The position numbers and the translations under genes are program-made. Under the pieces are notes generated by a model. It did no database searches, had not been told where the DNA came from, and saw only the letters and a program-made list of their open reading frames with translations. DNA of 64,000 nt, taken from contig NC_043003.1 of assembly GCF_006345805.1 (NCBI RefSeq), positions 91,698,001-91,762,000 of the forward strand, given 5' to 3'. The DNA is from Octopus sinensis (Eukaryota). Positions 13,903 to 26,293 of this stretch are shown here, piece after piece; position 1 is the stretch's first letter, and each line of letters begins with the position of its first letter.

Positions 13903-14228
13903 TACATTAGAAATGGATGAATAGACAAAAACACAGACAGAAAGAATAAGTGATTTCTTTGAGAGATAATAAAGGCAGTTCTAAATCAGATGTTATTTTG
14001 ATATTTAATCAAGTGTATAAATTATGTAGGCATGTATGTTACATTTACCTAGACATACATACACATATGTGTGTGTGTGTGTGAATGAGTGGAAAAACAA
14101 AAGAGAAGGGTACTTGACACATTTTGTAGGAGTTACATGTATTCCTCAAAACAGATTGAGTCAGTTCCATGTGAAACTTTAAGTTGCATGGAACCGAATC
14201 AAACTATTTTAGATAATATATACAGTAT

Positions 14229-14630
14229 AGGCACAGGAGTGGCTGTGTGGTAAGTAGCTTGCTTACCAACCACATGGTTCTGGGTTCAGTCTCACTGCGT
14301 GGCATCTTGGGCAAGTGTCTTCTACTATAGCCTCGGGCCGACCAAAGCCTTGTGAGTGGATTTGGTAGACGGAAACTGAAAGAAGCCCGTCGTATATATG
14401 TATATATATATGCGTGTGTGTGTTTGTGTATCTGTGTTTGTTCCCCTAGCATTGCTTGTGTGTTTATGTCCCCGTTACTTAGTGGTTTGGCAAAAGAGAC
14501 CGATAGAATAAGTACTGGGCTTACAAAAGAATAAGTCCCGGGATTGAGTTGCTCGATTAAAGGCGGTGCTCCAGCATGGCCTCAGTAAAATGACTGAAAC
14601 AAGTAAAAGAGTAAAAGAGTAAAAAGAGTA
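14229..14630 (+). mobile_element. Full-length OR-like CORE SINE
   Basis: Head at 14229; tail (AAAAGAGT)3 at the 3' end. Confidence 0.85.
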
Positions 14631-14639
14631 TATATATAT

Positions 14640-14812
14640 TACGGAGATGTACTTGCATAGCGAGTGACTTGATCTGAGATTGTGTGCTGGAACGAAAACA
14701 ATTGCAGCGTGGAAGGTGTTTATAAGCCATTTAAGAAACACAAAACCGTTAGATTCACTTCAACATTTAAATTTAATTTGTCAAAATATTTTCGTCGCTT
14801 TGAGACTGACAA
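14640..14812. mobile_element. Foldback family F1, single arm with full outer end
   Basis: TACGGAGATGTACTTGCATAGCGAGTGAC... matches the reverse complement of 53520-53575. Confidence 0.75.
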
Positions 14813-15134
14813 AACTTCATGCTGCATCTCAAACGATGATGATGATGATGATGATGATATTCTCTTGAAAGTTCATAAAATTCTTATGATGTCGACAACA
14901 TACAATTCTTGCTTGTTAGAACAAAGATTCTAAAATGGATAGAGAAATTTGAAGAATTGTTTTGGTTAAATGGTAGAACACCTCTCATGTCTATAGAAGA
15001 AGTGTGTTTGTGTTCCAAGGCAGCCCTCAGCTTTCTCTATCCAAAAGGGTTTTAAACCTAATATTTACATGCTACTCTTTATAGCTGTATTTGAGAATCA
15101 TTATGCTAAAAAAAGAATTATATATAACATACAT

Positions 15135-15540
15135 TGGTGCTGGCATGGCTGTGTAGTAAGAAGCTTGCTTCCCAACCACATGGTTCCAGGTTCAGTCCCA
15201 CTATGTGGCACCTTAGTCAACTGTCTTTTATTATAGCCTCAGGCCAACCAAAGCCTTCTGAGTGGATTTGGTAGATGGAAAGTCAAAGAAGCCCATCGTA
15301 TATATGTGAGTGTGTGTGTGTCTTTTTGTATTAGTGTTTGTCTCCTATCACCACTTGATAACTGGTGTTGGTTTGTTTACATCCCTGTAACTTAGCAGTT
15401 CAGCAAAAAAGACTGATAGAATAAGTACAAGACATTTAAAAAAAAATTAAGTACTGAGTTAAATTCATTCAACCAAAAGTTTTCCAAGGTAGTGCTTCAG
15501 CATGGCCAAAGTCTAATGACTGAAACAGATAAAATATAAG
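15135..15540 (+). mobile_element. OR-like CORE SINE copy
   Basis: Diverged head and tail. Confidence 0.75.
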
Positions 15541-16825
15541 TGTGTGTATACGAACATGTTATAGGGATTAACAACCTATAGATACTTATCATAAGTTGTA
15601 TACACACTTTAAAGTGGTTAAATGCATGTCGATATTTGTCATGACCTTCCACTTGTTTGTTGCAAAAAATTCTTGTCTGCAGGTTGTATTTGTTCTTCAT
15701 TTTTGGAACTAAAATAACCTGTAACTCTTGTTACAGTCAAAACAACTAGTTTACCTTAAATAATCAAATATCTTACTGAACTGACTAAGTAATTTGTGTT
15801 AATCAAGGATAATAAACTAATTAATCTAGAAATACTCACCATACCCAATACTCAAGACTTGTTTTACACTGTCAATACCCAGAGCATTCACCCTTACTTC
15901 TAGCAAGTTACATCATCATCATCATCATTACCACCAGTTTCTGTCTTCCAAATTCACTCACAAACTTTTGGTTGGCCCAAGGCTATAGTAAAAGATACTT
16001 CCCCAAGGTGCCATGCAGTAGAACTGAAACTTAGATTATGTGGTTGGGAAGCACAAACTTCTTACCACATAGCCTTGCCTGTATGTTGATTAAATGAAAG
16101 AAAATGAATGAACAGCCAAATAAATCATTGCAAAAACTGGACGAAGGGGAAGATACAAAACAAGCAATAATTAAAAAGAAAGGAATCTCTGTTGTTCGGT
16201 TTTAACATTGCAAACAGTATAATTAAAATCACACCTTTTGCAATGAGAAAGTTATACATTTAGCAATCTTGACTAATTATAGTCAAGAAAAGAGGAGAGA
16301 CATTGCTGGAATTTAACTTAATTATTAAAATTAATTAAATATAGAGTGCAGTGTCTACTGTAAATCTTAGATGACATGGTGTCTTTGTGGAAAAGTGAAC
16401 AATCAAACTGAGTTCCATGAATGGCATTGATAGATGTTTGTAAAAGATACATAACATTTAAAGAATGAATAAATGTAGAAAGGCCAAAAAACACTTATGT
16501 AATATGTAAACATAACTTACTTTAATACTAGCTTAAAATCTGCACTTCATGTGGTCTTTTAAGCTGGCTCCTGCAGAGGGCTAATTGGGCCTGTGGTCCA
16601 AAACTAAAGAGACCTAAGTAGCATGACTATAATAAATCTATAGTGACTATATGCTCCAGTGGATCTTCTTTTTGGCATACTCTAGATTTCTGAGTACCAG
16701 AAAGTAATAACAATAACAGCAATAATAATTATGGCATAAGTTTGGCTGCATGGTTAAGAAGCTCATTTTGCAACCATGTGGTTTCTGGTTCAGTCCTGCT
16801 GCACAGCATCTTAGGCAAGTGTCTT

Positions 16826-18430
16826 CTGTATGGTGTGCTCAGTGCAAGCGATGGGCACACAAGAAGTGCTGTGGAATAGTAGGAAGTTTATTGGAGAAAG
16901 TGGTGTTTGTATGTGAAAGAGGCATAGGAGCCATAAACACTATAGATAGGTGGGAAATTGATTTTCTCAAATGCCCTGGAGGCTCTCTAGAGGTAGTGGA
17001 TAATTTCTGCTACATAGGGCACCTAATTAGCAGTGGGGGAGGATGTACAAAAAGTTTAATTTTTATAGAAAAAATTCAGAGCACTTTTACTTCTGTTGGT
17101 GATGTCTCTCTCTCCAAGTGAAAGGAAGATTGTATGATGCATGTGTACTCACAACAATGCTACATGGTAGTGAGACATGGGCTTTGAATGCAGAGGATAT
17201 GCAAAGACTAAAGAGGAATGAAGCTATTATACTTTGCTGGATATGCAATGTCAGTGTACATGTGTAACAGAGCACTTGTGAAGTGAGAGAACAGTTAGGC
17301 GTAAGAGTAATTAGATGCAGTGTGCAAGAGAGAAGACTGCACTGGTTTAGTTGTGTGATGCATATGAATGTGGACAGTTGCTTAAAGAAGAGCCAATCAC
17401 TTAAAATGGATGGGACTTGTAAGAGAAGGCGACCCAGAAAAACATGGCACAAAGTACTGAAGGCCAATCTCAAGAAACTGAGCCTTATGAAGAAGATGAC
17501 AAAGGATTAAGATATCTGGTGCTTTGCTGTACTCAAGAAGATCAGATTCACCAGAGCAGAATTGATATCCTAAACCACTTTGGTTAATACTTGTCAGTGA
17601 GGGATTCTGGTCCACACCCACCCACATCCTCTGTGCCCCCCCCCCCCGAGTCATTGCACCCCCTTCACTTTTCATCTCCTAACACCCATCACTTCTCTAT
17701 CACCTGAGAGCAGAATAGGTACATACTACACACCCCAGCTTTCTCAGTTACCTCCCTCCTCACACCAAACCACTTCCATTTCCCATTATTTTACCCCTCC
17801 ACTGCCTACTGTCTCCACCAACCACCTCCTTTCTGTGTCATTCTTCATCATTAACACCTTGCTTATCTGCTATCACCTTCAATGCCCTCACATACCTACT
17901 GCAACCCTATATTTTCATGCCATCATTTGTGTTAGTCAAGCCCTATCCTGCCCCCCCCCCCCTGGCTACCCAGTCCAAACCTCTGTATCACCCCACTTAT
18001 TCTCACCATGCTCAATGTCCCTTGAGTGCATGTCTTCACCACCATATCTCTCCCTATTGCTTTATTTATTTTACTCTCACCTACCCTCATCCTTTCTTTT
18101 TCACCTGGAATATCCATGTACCTCTATTCTACAGCAAGACACATATCCCTGTCCCTCTATACCCCTAATGTCACATCAACTGGCACAAAGCCACTCCACT
18201 TTCCCAGCTGAGGGTTCCTTTGTTTTTATGTCTTGCAAGTTATTTGGTGAACCTGTCAGTGCTTGTTCCATGTAAAAAGCACCCAGTGCACTCTGTAAAG
18301 TGGTTGGTATCTGGGAGGGCACCCAACCATAGAAACCATGCTATAACAGACAATGGAGCCTGGTGTAGCTCCTGGCATCAAACCATCTGACCCATACCAG
18401 CAACATAGAAATCATATATTAAATGATGAT
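16826..18430 (+). mobile_element. 5'-truncated RTE LINE with PHD-like Cys/His insert in RT, long C/T-rich 3' UTR and (TGA)n tail
   Basis: CAQCKRWAHKKC...FVC, LEVVDNFCYIG, LHGSETWAL, RRLHWF, RRRPRKTW; tail ends TTAAATGATGATGA. Directly preceded by a SINE head at 16735-16825. Confidence 0.85.
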
Positions 18431-18659
18431 GAGTTATATATATATATATGTGTGGGTGTGTGTGTGTATGTATATATATGTATATGTGTCTCTATGCATA
18501 TGTGTGTGTGTGCGCATATGCATGTGTGTGTGCATGCACACGCATTTACCCCAGCAAGGCTGCAGTTCAATGACTGAAACAAGTAAGATCACGGTGGTGG
18601 TGGTGGTGGTGGTGATGATGATAATGATGATGATGATGATGATGATCCTTTTTACTGTA

Positions 18660-18860
18660 GGCATAAGGTCTGAAATTTTGTGTGAGGAGACTAGTTGATT
18701 ACACCAACGCCAGTATTTTACTGGTACTTAATCTACTGACACTGAAAGGATGAAAGGCAAAATTGACCTCAGTGGAATTTGAACTCAGAACATAACAATA
18801 GGCGAAATATCGTTAAACATTTTGTCCAGCATGCTAATAATTCTGCCAGTTCACTGCCTT
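18660..18860 (-). mobile_element. Meta-like tRNA SINE
   Basis: Same family as 4000-4205; its 5' end abuts the (TAA)n tract. Confidence 0.7.
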
Positions 18861-18907
18861 AATAATAATAATGATAAAAATAATAATAATAATAATAATG
18901 ATAAATA

Positions 18908-21490
18908 ATAGACATCACTGCAGCACCAACGGCGGAAGAAGTGGAAGAATTCTGGAAAGAAATATGGTCGGCGAATGAACAACCACAGAAAAGGAGCATT
19001 AAAACAACAAGCTTAGCATCTGAACAACTCTGGACCCCCATAACAACTGAAGAGGTCATCCAGGCACTGCAAAGACTAAGCAACTGGAAGGCACCTGGGC
19101 ACAACAAGATTCCCAACTTCTGGTTGAAATATCTGACAGGAATGCACAAAAAGCTGGCTGAAAACTTTACCAACAAACTGGCAGAGCCAGAGACAATGCC
19201 TGAATGGCTCATGAAAGGAGAAACCATCTTAATTCCCAAATCCAATGAGACAGCAAAACAAGAAAACTACAGACCTATAACCTGTCTCCCTACAATGTAC
19301 AAAGCCTTTACTGCAGTAATATCGCAAAGATTGAACAAGCACCTGGACGAAAACAACCTGTTTCCAGAAGAGCAGAAAGGATGCCGCAAGGGCTCATATG
19401 GCTGTAAAGATCAACTAATGATCAATAAAGCCATAACTGAAGACAGCCACAGAAAGAAGAAAGGCCTCAGTATGGCCTGAATCGACTACTGAAAGGTGTT
19501 TGATAGCATTCCCCACACGTGGATCCTTGAAACACTAGCCATTAACAAGGTAGCACCAACAATTATAAAATACATAGGGCACTCTATGAATAAATGGCTG
19601 ACAGTGCTACAGCTCCAAACAAAAGAGGGACTCATGAAAACCAAAGCCATCCCCATTAGAAAAGGAATATTCCAGGGAGACATGCGCTCTCCACTCCTTT
19701 TCTGCTTGGCACTGACACCTCTATCTGATATGCTAAATAGAACTGGATGTGGATACAAATGTTACGGCAAAATGATCAGCCACCTTTTATATATGAATGA
19801 CCTAAAACTGTACGCTATAAATGACAAACAGCTGGAAACACTACTAAAGACAGTTCATGGATTCACCAAAGAAATAGATATGAAATTTGGATTAGAAAAA
19901 TGCGCCAAAGTAACCCTGAAAAGAGGAAAATTAGTTAAGAGTAGCAACATCACACTAGATAAAACCAATGAAATAAGAGAATTAGACCAAAGCCAAACTT
20001 ACAAATACTTAGGAATCCATGAACTAGATAAGACACAACACACACAAATGAAATAGAAAATAAAAAAAGAATATTATAGATGAGTTAGATCAATACTAAA
20101 AACAGAGCTCAATGCTAAAAACAAGATAATAGGTATTAACACTTTAGCCATCCCATTTATAAGTTACAGCTACAATATCCTTAACTTGACACTAAATGAA
20201 CTAACCAAAATAGATAGGAAAACAAGAAAAATAATGACAGGATCTAGGATGCATCACCCAAAATCTGACATAGAAAGGCTATATATACAATGTATAGAAG
20301 GTGGTAGAGGCCTTATATAGCTGGAAAACTATTATAAAATAACCCCCATAGGACTGCAAAAATACCTACTTCAGAAGGAAGGAAAACTGATACAAATAGC
20401 GGCAAAACACGAGCAAAACAAAAAAACTGTTCTCAGTATTTAAGGAAGCTGACAAATACAAACAAGAAATCATACCACCTAACAAATATGAAGAAGAAGA
20501 AGAAGGAGAAGGAGAAGAAGAAGAAGAAGAAGAAGAAGAAGAAGAAGAAGAAACAACAAAAGCTATAAAATAAATGAAATCCAAACTAAAACTAGAACAG
20601 CAATGGACCTTGATAAAACGATGGCAAGAAAAGCCCCTTCATGGCAAATACTGGACTAAACTAAATGCAAATGAAATAGACAAAGAAAAATCCCAGCAAT
20701 GGTTGAGAAGCTCAGGACTCAAAGCAGAGACAGAGGGATTTTTAATTGCAGCTCAAGACCAAAGTCTCCCCACCAGAAAGTACCAAAAACATGTAATGAA
20801 AAGAAATATAACAAGTAACTGCAGAATATGTGGAGATGGACAAGAAACAATAAATCATTTTATCTCTGGCTGCCCCGTCCTGGCTAAGAAGGAATATATT
20901 CACAGACACGACTGAGTTGGGACCTACATACACTGGAAGCTATGCCAACATTATGGAATAACAACAGAAAAAAGATGGTATAGGCACACACCAGAAAAGG
21001 TCACAGAAAACGAGAAAGCAACCATACTCTGGGATATGCCAATATACACAGATAGAGAAATTAAGGCCAACAGGCCAGATATAGTTGTCAGAGATCGCGA
21101 AGAAAAAAATTGCTTTCTAATTGATGTATCAATATCAGCAGATGACAACATGTCTCTAAAAGAAATGGAGAAACTTTCAAAATACAGAGACCTTGAAATA
21201 GAGGTAACTAGAATGTGGAATCTAAAAACAGAAACAATTCCTATCATAGTAGGCGCATTAGGCATGATAAAAAAATATTCAGACAAATACATAACAAAAG
21301 CACCAGGACTTACAAACACATATAACATACAGAAAATTGCACTACTGGACACTACCCACATCCTACGCAGAACACTTTCAATACAGTAACCATCAGAGCA
21401 TCACAACAAATCACAGCACATACCCAAGGCACACAGAGCTGCGCTCGGTAGTGAAGTGAAAGCACGTTATAAAAATAAAACTACTGAATG
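18908..21490 (+). mobile_element. 5'-truncated R4/Dong-clade non-LTR retrotransposon (RT + CCHC + RLE endonuclease), disrupted ORF
   Basis: NWKAPG, NYRPITCL, EQKGC, GIFQGD..SP, LLYMNDLK, YKYLG, CRICGDGQETINHFISGC, RHD, NRPDIVV...LIDVS...KLSKY. Flanked on both sides by (TAA)n, the established Dong target. Several in-frame stops. Confidence 0.92.
20490..20552 (+). repeat. (GAA)n microsatellite inside the LINE ORF (in-frame poly-Glu)
   Basis: Reads NKYEEEEEGEGE(E)n-TTKAIK in the LINE frame. Confidence 0.85.
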
Positions 21491-21503
21491 ATAATAATTA
21501 TAC

Positions 21504-21550
<47 letters not shown>

Positions 21551-21578
21551 TCCTTTTCTACTTTAACTTAATCTTTTT

Positions 21579-21624
<46 letters not shown>

Positions 21625-22056
21625 GCTTGGAATCAAGTCAGGTGAGTTATATGCAGGGAATGTGTTTAGACAAGCAGTTTTTTTATTACTTATGTTAAGA
21701 ATAAAACAAGAAAGAGATTACCAGATACTTTAGACATTTATGAAAATGTGCTCTGCTTGTAAACCAGCTTAAAATTTCCAGGCATATATACAATAAATAA
21801 ATTGAAACTGAATGTTCTGAAAGATAAAGCTAATAAAAATGTGGATTGTAAATTCATAAATTAATCGTAAACATTTATAATAATGATTTTTTTGTTGTGG
21901 ATTATTTTCTTCATTTTGTATACTCATTGTCATAAATGCTGACAGCATGTTTCAACTTTCTCCAACAGCCTTTATCTGATGTGTGTGTGTGTTTGTGTGC
22001 ATCTGTGTGTGTGTGTGTGTGTGCGCGTGCGCGTGTGTACATGCATACATACATGC

Positions 22057-22144
<88 letters not shown>

Positions 22145-22270
22145 GTATATATATATGTAAGGAGAAGAAAATAGGGATTAATAAATCCAGGCTGATATCT
22201 ATAAAGCATTCAGAGTTAAATGAATTTGGTTAGCTATGTCAAGCTATCAGATACAAATAAATGTAAGTAG

Positions 22271-22642
22271 AACAAGAGCACTCAGAGAACGCAAACCTCC
22301 ACCAAGGCAACACCAATGTCCTCTCAACGATTAGCGAGAGATGATTTTCAAAATGAGAATATCTGAAATAAACTCAACTGCTCTTACAAACGAGAATACT
22401 AAAAAATGAACCCGACCGCTCTCTAAACTTAAGTAACAAAAATGAAAATTAATCCAGAATCCTTGTCCAGTACCAAATTGATCTCAAAATCAAATCAGTT
22501 TTTGCCAGTCATGAGGCCAAACGTTCCTGAAAGTTTCATCCGAATCCATCCTGCGGTTCTTGAGATATCTTGTCCATGGTCAAATAAACAAACAAACATA
22601 ACTGAAAACAATACCTCTGCCTTCACTAAGGAGGAGGTAATA
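22271..22642 (+). mobile_element. Probable Helentron-associated non-autonomous element (HINE/DINE-1-like)
   Basis: Starts AACAAGAGCACTCAGAG; (AAAC)n near the 3' end; terminal hairpin TACCTCTGCCTT-CACT-AAGGAGGAGGTA at 22612-22639. Confidence 0.55.
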
Positions 22643-22649
22643 AACATTG

Positions 22650-22930
22650 AAGGTAATTTTTCATGTATGACAAGTAAATTCAAATACTGCTTACAAGAAT
22701 TTTAAGAAATTTGGAGAATAACACATCAAGAATAAGAATGGAGAAAATCACATCTTTAATTGGTGATTACATCATACATTACTGATGATAATTTCTTTTG
22801 TGCCAGTATACTGAGATACAGAAAAAGGTATGAAATACCAATCAAATTAGTATATCCAGAAATATATGTGAACAGAACATTATCAAAGGCAATTCAGAAT
22901 GGGTTAAATTCAAAGTGGACTAAGAAAAGC
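22650..22930 (+). pseudogene. Possible old RTE RT fragment
   Basis: YEIPIKLV..IY..TLSKAIQNGLNSKW resembles the YGIPxKLxxLIxxLY...SxWF RT segment. Confidence 0.35.
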
Positions 22931-23122
22931 CAGTTTAGTATTTAACTTTTGATGACATCAGTAGATAACGAAAGAATAAAAAATAAACATTGGAATTCTA
23001 CGTCACAACAATTACAAACAGAAATTCTACATCATGACAATTAGTTATCTATCTATTAAATATGCTAAGAATTTTTTTAGAAAAATTATGCACATTAGAT
23101 TATAGGAGAAACCATTATAATT

Positions 23123-23284
23123 AATGTGAGGTATATTTGCCATCTCAATATGGCTAACCACTAAGGGTGGGTGTTACTGTAGCTTATAGCCCTAGGAGAA
23201 CATCTCCTCCAGCTGGCTTCAGGCAAACTTTCTGTGCCCTAAGGTCTTTGTAGCCATATTGAGATGGCAAATATACCTCACATT
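23123..23284. mobile_element. Small MITE-like element with perfect 34-bp inverted repeats
   Basis: AATGTGAGGTATATTTGCCATCTCAATATGGCTA (23123-23156) has an exact reverse complement at 23251-23284. Confidence 0.7.
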
Positions 23285-25206
23285 GTCGTGCAGTTACTGT
23301 TTATACCTCGTTCAGAGATTTATTATTGCAATTATAATTAATAGGTTATTTAATATACAATTATAATTAATAAGTTATTTAATGTTGAAATATTTAAATG
23401 TTTTAAATTTGTGAGAACATTTCAATGTAAAATTAATTTAGAAGTAATTATATAATACATTTCCTCAAGGCAAAGATCAAGTTTAATATTGCCAGTATGG
23501 TATGATGGTGCATAACTAATAATGGACTACTTTAAATCATAATTAATGTTCCTGTCTTTTAAATCCCAAATACATTTACCAAAATTCGTAGAATAACATT
23601 TTCTTCTGTTCCTGAATTAGGCACAAGTGTATGAATAATGAACATCCAAGATGTTCATTATTACAACTATTAAAAAAAATTACTGACAAATCAAACAAAA
23701 CTGTTACAAAGTTCCAATTGTTCAGGGTTAACGTGCAAATATGCACAGAGCCCTGGCTGTAGGCCAACTGATTTAATTCCCTTTAATTGGGCTGCAATTT
23801 TATCAAACCTTAAACTTCTTAAAATTGGATCCATGCTTAAAGGTAGAAAAGAAAAAGAAAGAAAATTCCTCTAATTTCGTATTTAAATCTTATGTAAATA
23901 AACATTTGTTGGTTTGTTTCTCTATGGCTTTAGAAGTAGGAATTTTATTGGTGTAATTGTTTTTATAGAATGCCAAGTTCTTGTTGAATCATTGTTTTGA
24001 TAGACAGTTTGATTCTAATTTGCTAGAATAAAGATTTTGCTGATATTTAACAATGCTGCCAATGTTCTTTGAAGAAAAGCCCTGCATGAAATATTGTGAC
24101 TTATTTTCCCCTCATCTCATTTAATGAAGGTAAACTTGCTCTGTTATGGGAATTTAACAATTTTTAATTCACAACGGCAGCTTGGTTGGTGCAACAGTAA
24201 ATGAAGATATATTTCATTGGCTGTGTGAACAGTAACTGAATTTTTGGAAACCTATCTGTGTGACAGCAGGCAGTCGGCTTAAAAATATATGAAGTCAACC
24301 GTGCAAATATCTGCAGCGATACAGGTCCAGTCTTGAATATCACCAAATGTTGAGAAAATGAACATCAATCGTCCAATTTTGTGGTCTTATTGGCCTTATC
24401 TTGAGTTGAGGGTCATCAAAGCTATGATGGTGGCTTGTTACTTGACCTTACAGTTATCAGCCTCCAGAGGGAATATCCAGCAATCACCCGATATCGTGAT
24501 TTGCTAGAATATTGCCCACATGATCAACAAAATCTGACTAATCACGACTTTGTGTGGAATAGGTTTCAGTGACGACTTCATTTTTTGGCGCGCTTCTTTC
24601 TGCGACTAAGCATCAGTATAAATTCAGCACACCTTGACTACTTGACAGAAAACATTAAGATGCAGCAGAAAGAGCATGGAGAGACTGCAGAGATGAGGTG
24701 GTGAACAGACACGGTCAGTTGCTGCCAAGGCCTTCCCTAGGGTTGCTGGCGTTCCGTGCAAGGCAGCAGCTGTGGAAATTTCCTTGTCTTTGCCATGCCC
24801 TTCCTTGGCGCCTCCTAGCACATGGTGCACTAGGCCCGAGTTGCCAGTACCTTCAGCTGGCCCTGGTTGCTGACCCGAGCTGACAGCAACCACAATAAAT
24901 AATCAGCAACGGCAACATAATGACCAGCAGGTAACTTTTTGACTACTATTACAATTACACCAAGAATGATAACATTCAAATTCTCTCGACATTTTGTCGT
25001 TCACAGTAATTGTATTTTTTCTTTTTTGTGTGTGTACGAAAACAATAAAACTTTGTTTATCAAAAAGTGCAACCTTCTCCAGTGTTCTTCTTCATATAGC
25101 TGGTGACCCCATACATGTTTAAATGTATTTGTAAAGCTGAAAGCCATGACAGGTTTATAATTAACTTTACATAAAATAATAAATTAAAAATAAAAACATA
25201 AAAACT

Positions 25207-25400
25207 GTTGGCTTGGTGCATAATTATTGCGGCTTTTTTTCAACAAATTTTATTCAACAAAAACAATAACAACATATAACAAAAACATCTTTAAATGATT
25301 ATTCCGGAGCATATTCACCATCTACTTCAATTACAGCTTCCCATTTGCTTGGCAGACTGTTATTTAAAGATGTTTTTGTTGAATAATAATGACCTGTTGC
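25207..25400 (-). mobile_element. Mariner 3' end fragment with TIR
   Basis: TIR TTGGCTTGGTGCATAATTATTGCGGCTTTT; minus-strand translation SLPSKWEAVIEVDGEYAPE*. Confidence 0.7.
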
Positions 25401-25418
25401 AAGAATACTTGGCAGAAT

Positions 25419-25578
25419 AGGCACAGGAGTGGCTGTGTGGTAAGTAGCTTGCTTACCAACCACAAGGTTCCGGGTTCAGTCCCACTGCGTGGCATCTTGG
25501 GTAAGTGTCCTCTACTGTAGCCTCAGGCCGGCCAAAGCCTTGTGAGTGGATTTGGTAGACGAAAAGAAGCCCGTCGTA

Positions 25579-25636
<58 letters not shown>

Positions 25637-25646
25637 ATATACACGC

Positions 25647-25688
<42 letters not shown>

Positions 25689-25902
25689 GCGTGTATATGT
25701 TTGTGTGTCTGTGTTTGTCCCCCCAACATCGCTTGACAACCGATGCTGGTGTGTTTACGTCCCCGTAACTTAGCGGTTCGGCAAAAGAGACCGATAGAAT
25801 AAGTACTAGGCTTACAAAGAATAAGTCCTGGGGTTGATTTGCTCGATAAAGGCGGTGCTCCAGCATGGTCGCAGTCAAATGACTGAAACAAGTAAAAGAG
25901 TA
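25419..25902 (+). mobile_element. Full-length OR-like CORE SINE
   Basis: Near-consensus head and tail with an expanded (TA)n. Confidence 0.85.
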
Positions 25903-26029
25903 GAATCGCTAGATCATTTTGTTGCGTCAATTATTGATTTAGGGGTACCTCTTATCGATGGTTGCAGATGTAATTCAAGTCTGTGAGGTTCACAATTTTT
26001 CTTGACACGTTAGCCTCATATATCCAACA

Positions 26030-26215
26030 ATGAACATCTTCTCTTTGCGCATCATTGAAGCTATGTCACGATATGAGTCCGCGTTTCTTCGAACGGTTGT
26101 TTCTTTAACAAAACAGCGTTTACGCAATTTTCTCTTATCTCAAGTTTTCAGATATTGTTCACACGAACAAACAGAAAGAATCCTTGCCTATTACGAATTC
26201 AAAATAACTATTTAA
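26030..26215 (+). CDS. Small upstream ORF (61 aa), unknown
   Basis: CAACA-ATG context; lies in the same CpG-retaining non-repeat block as the 288-aa ORF. The length alone is not significant. Confidence 0.2.
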   Translation: MNIFSLRIIEAMSRYESAFLRTVVSLTKQRLRNFLLSQVFRYCSHEQTERILAYYEFKITI

Positions 26216-26250
26216 TAATAATATTACGAATTAGAATTCTATCGATTTTT

Positions 26251-26257
26251 TATAAAA
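26251..26257 (+). promoter_or_regulatory. Candidate TATA box
   Basis: TATAAAA begins 43 nt upstream of the 288-aa ORF ATG. Confidence 0.3.
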
Positions 26258-26293
26258 GCTTGTATTTAAAAATCTCAACTAATCAAATACAAA

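Noticed and set aside
15840-15899. Possible 60-nt minus-strand exon (VRVNALGIDSVKQVLSIGY) ending at a strong G|GTGAGT donor
   Set aside because: The acceptor lacks a pyrimidine tract and abuts a microsatellite/SINE; no partner exons or recognisable protein.
21642-21647. Consensus splice donor CAG|GTGAGT
   Set aside because: Only ~20 nt of non-repeat sequence upstream; no supportable exon.
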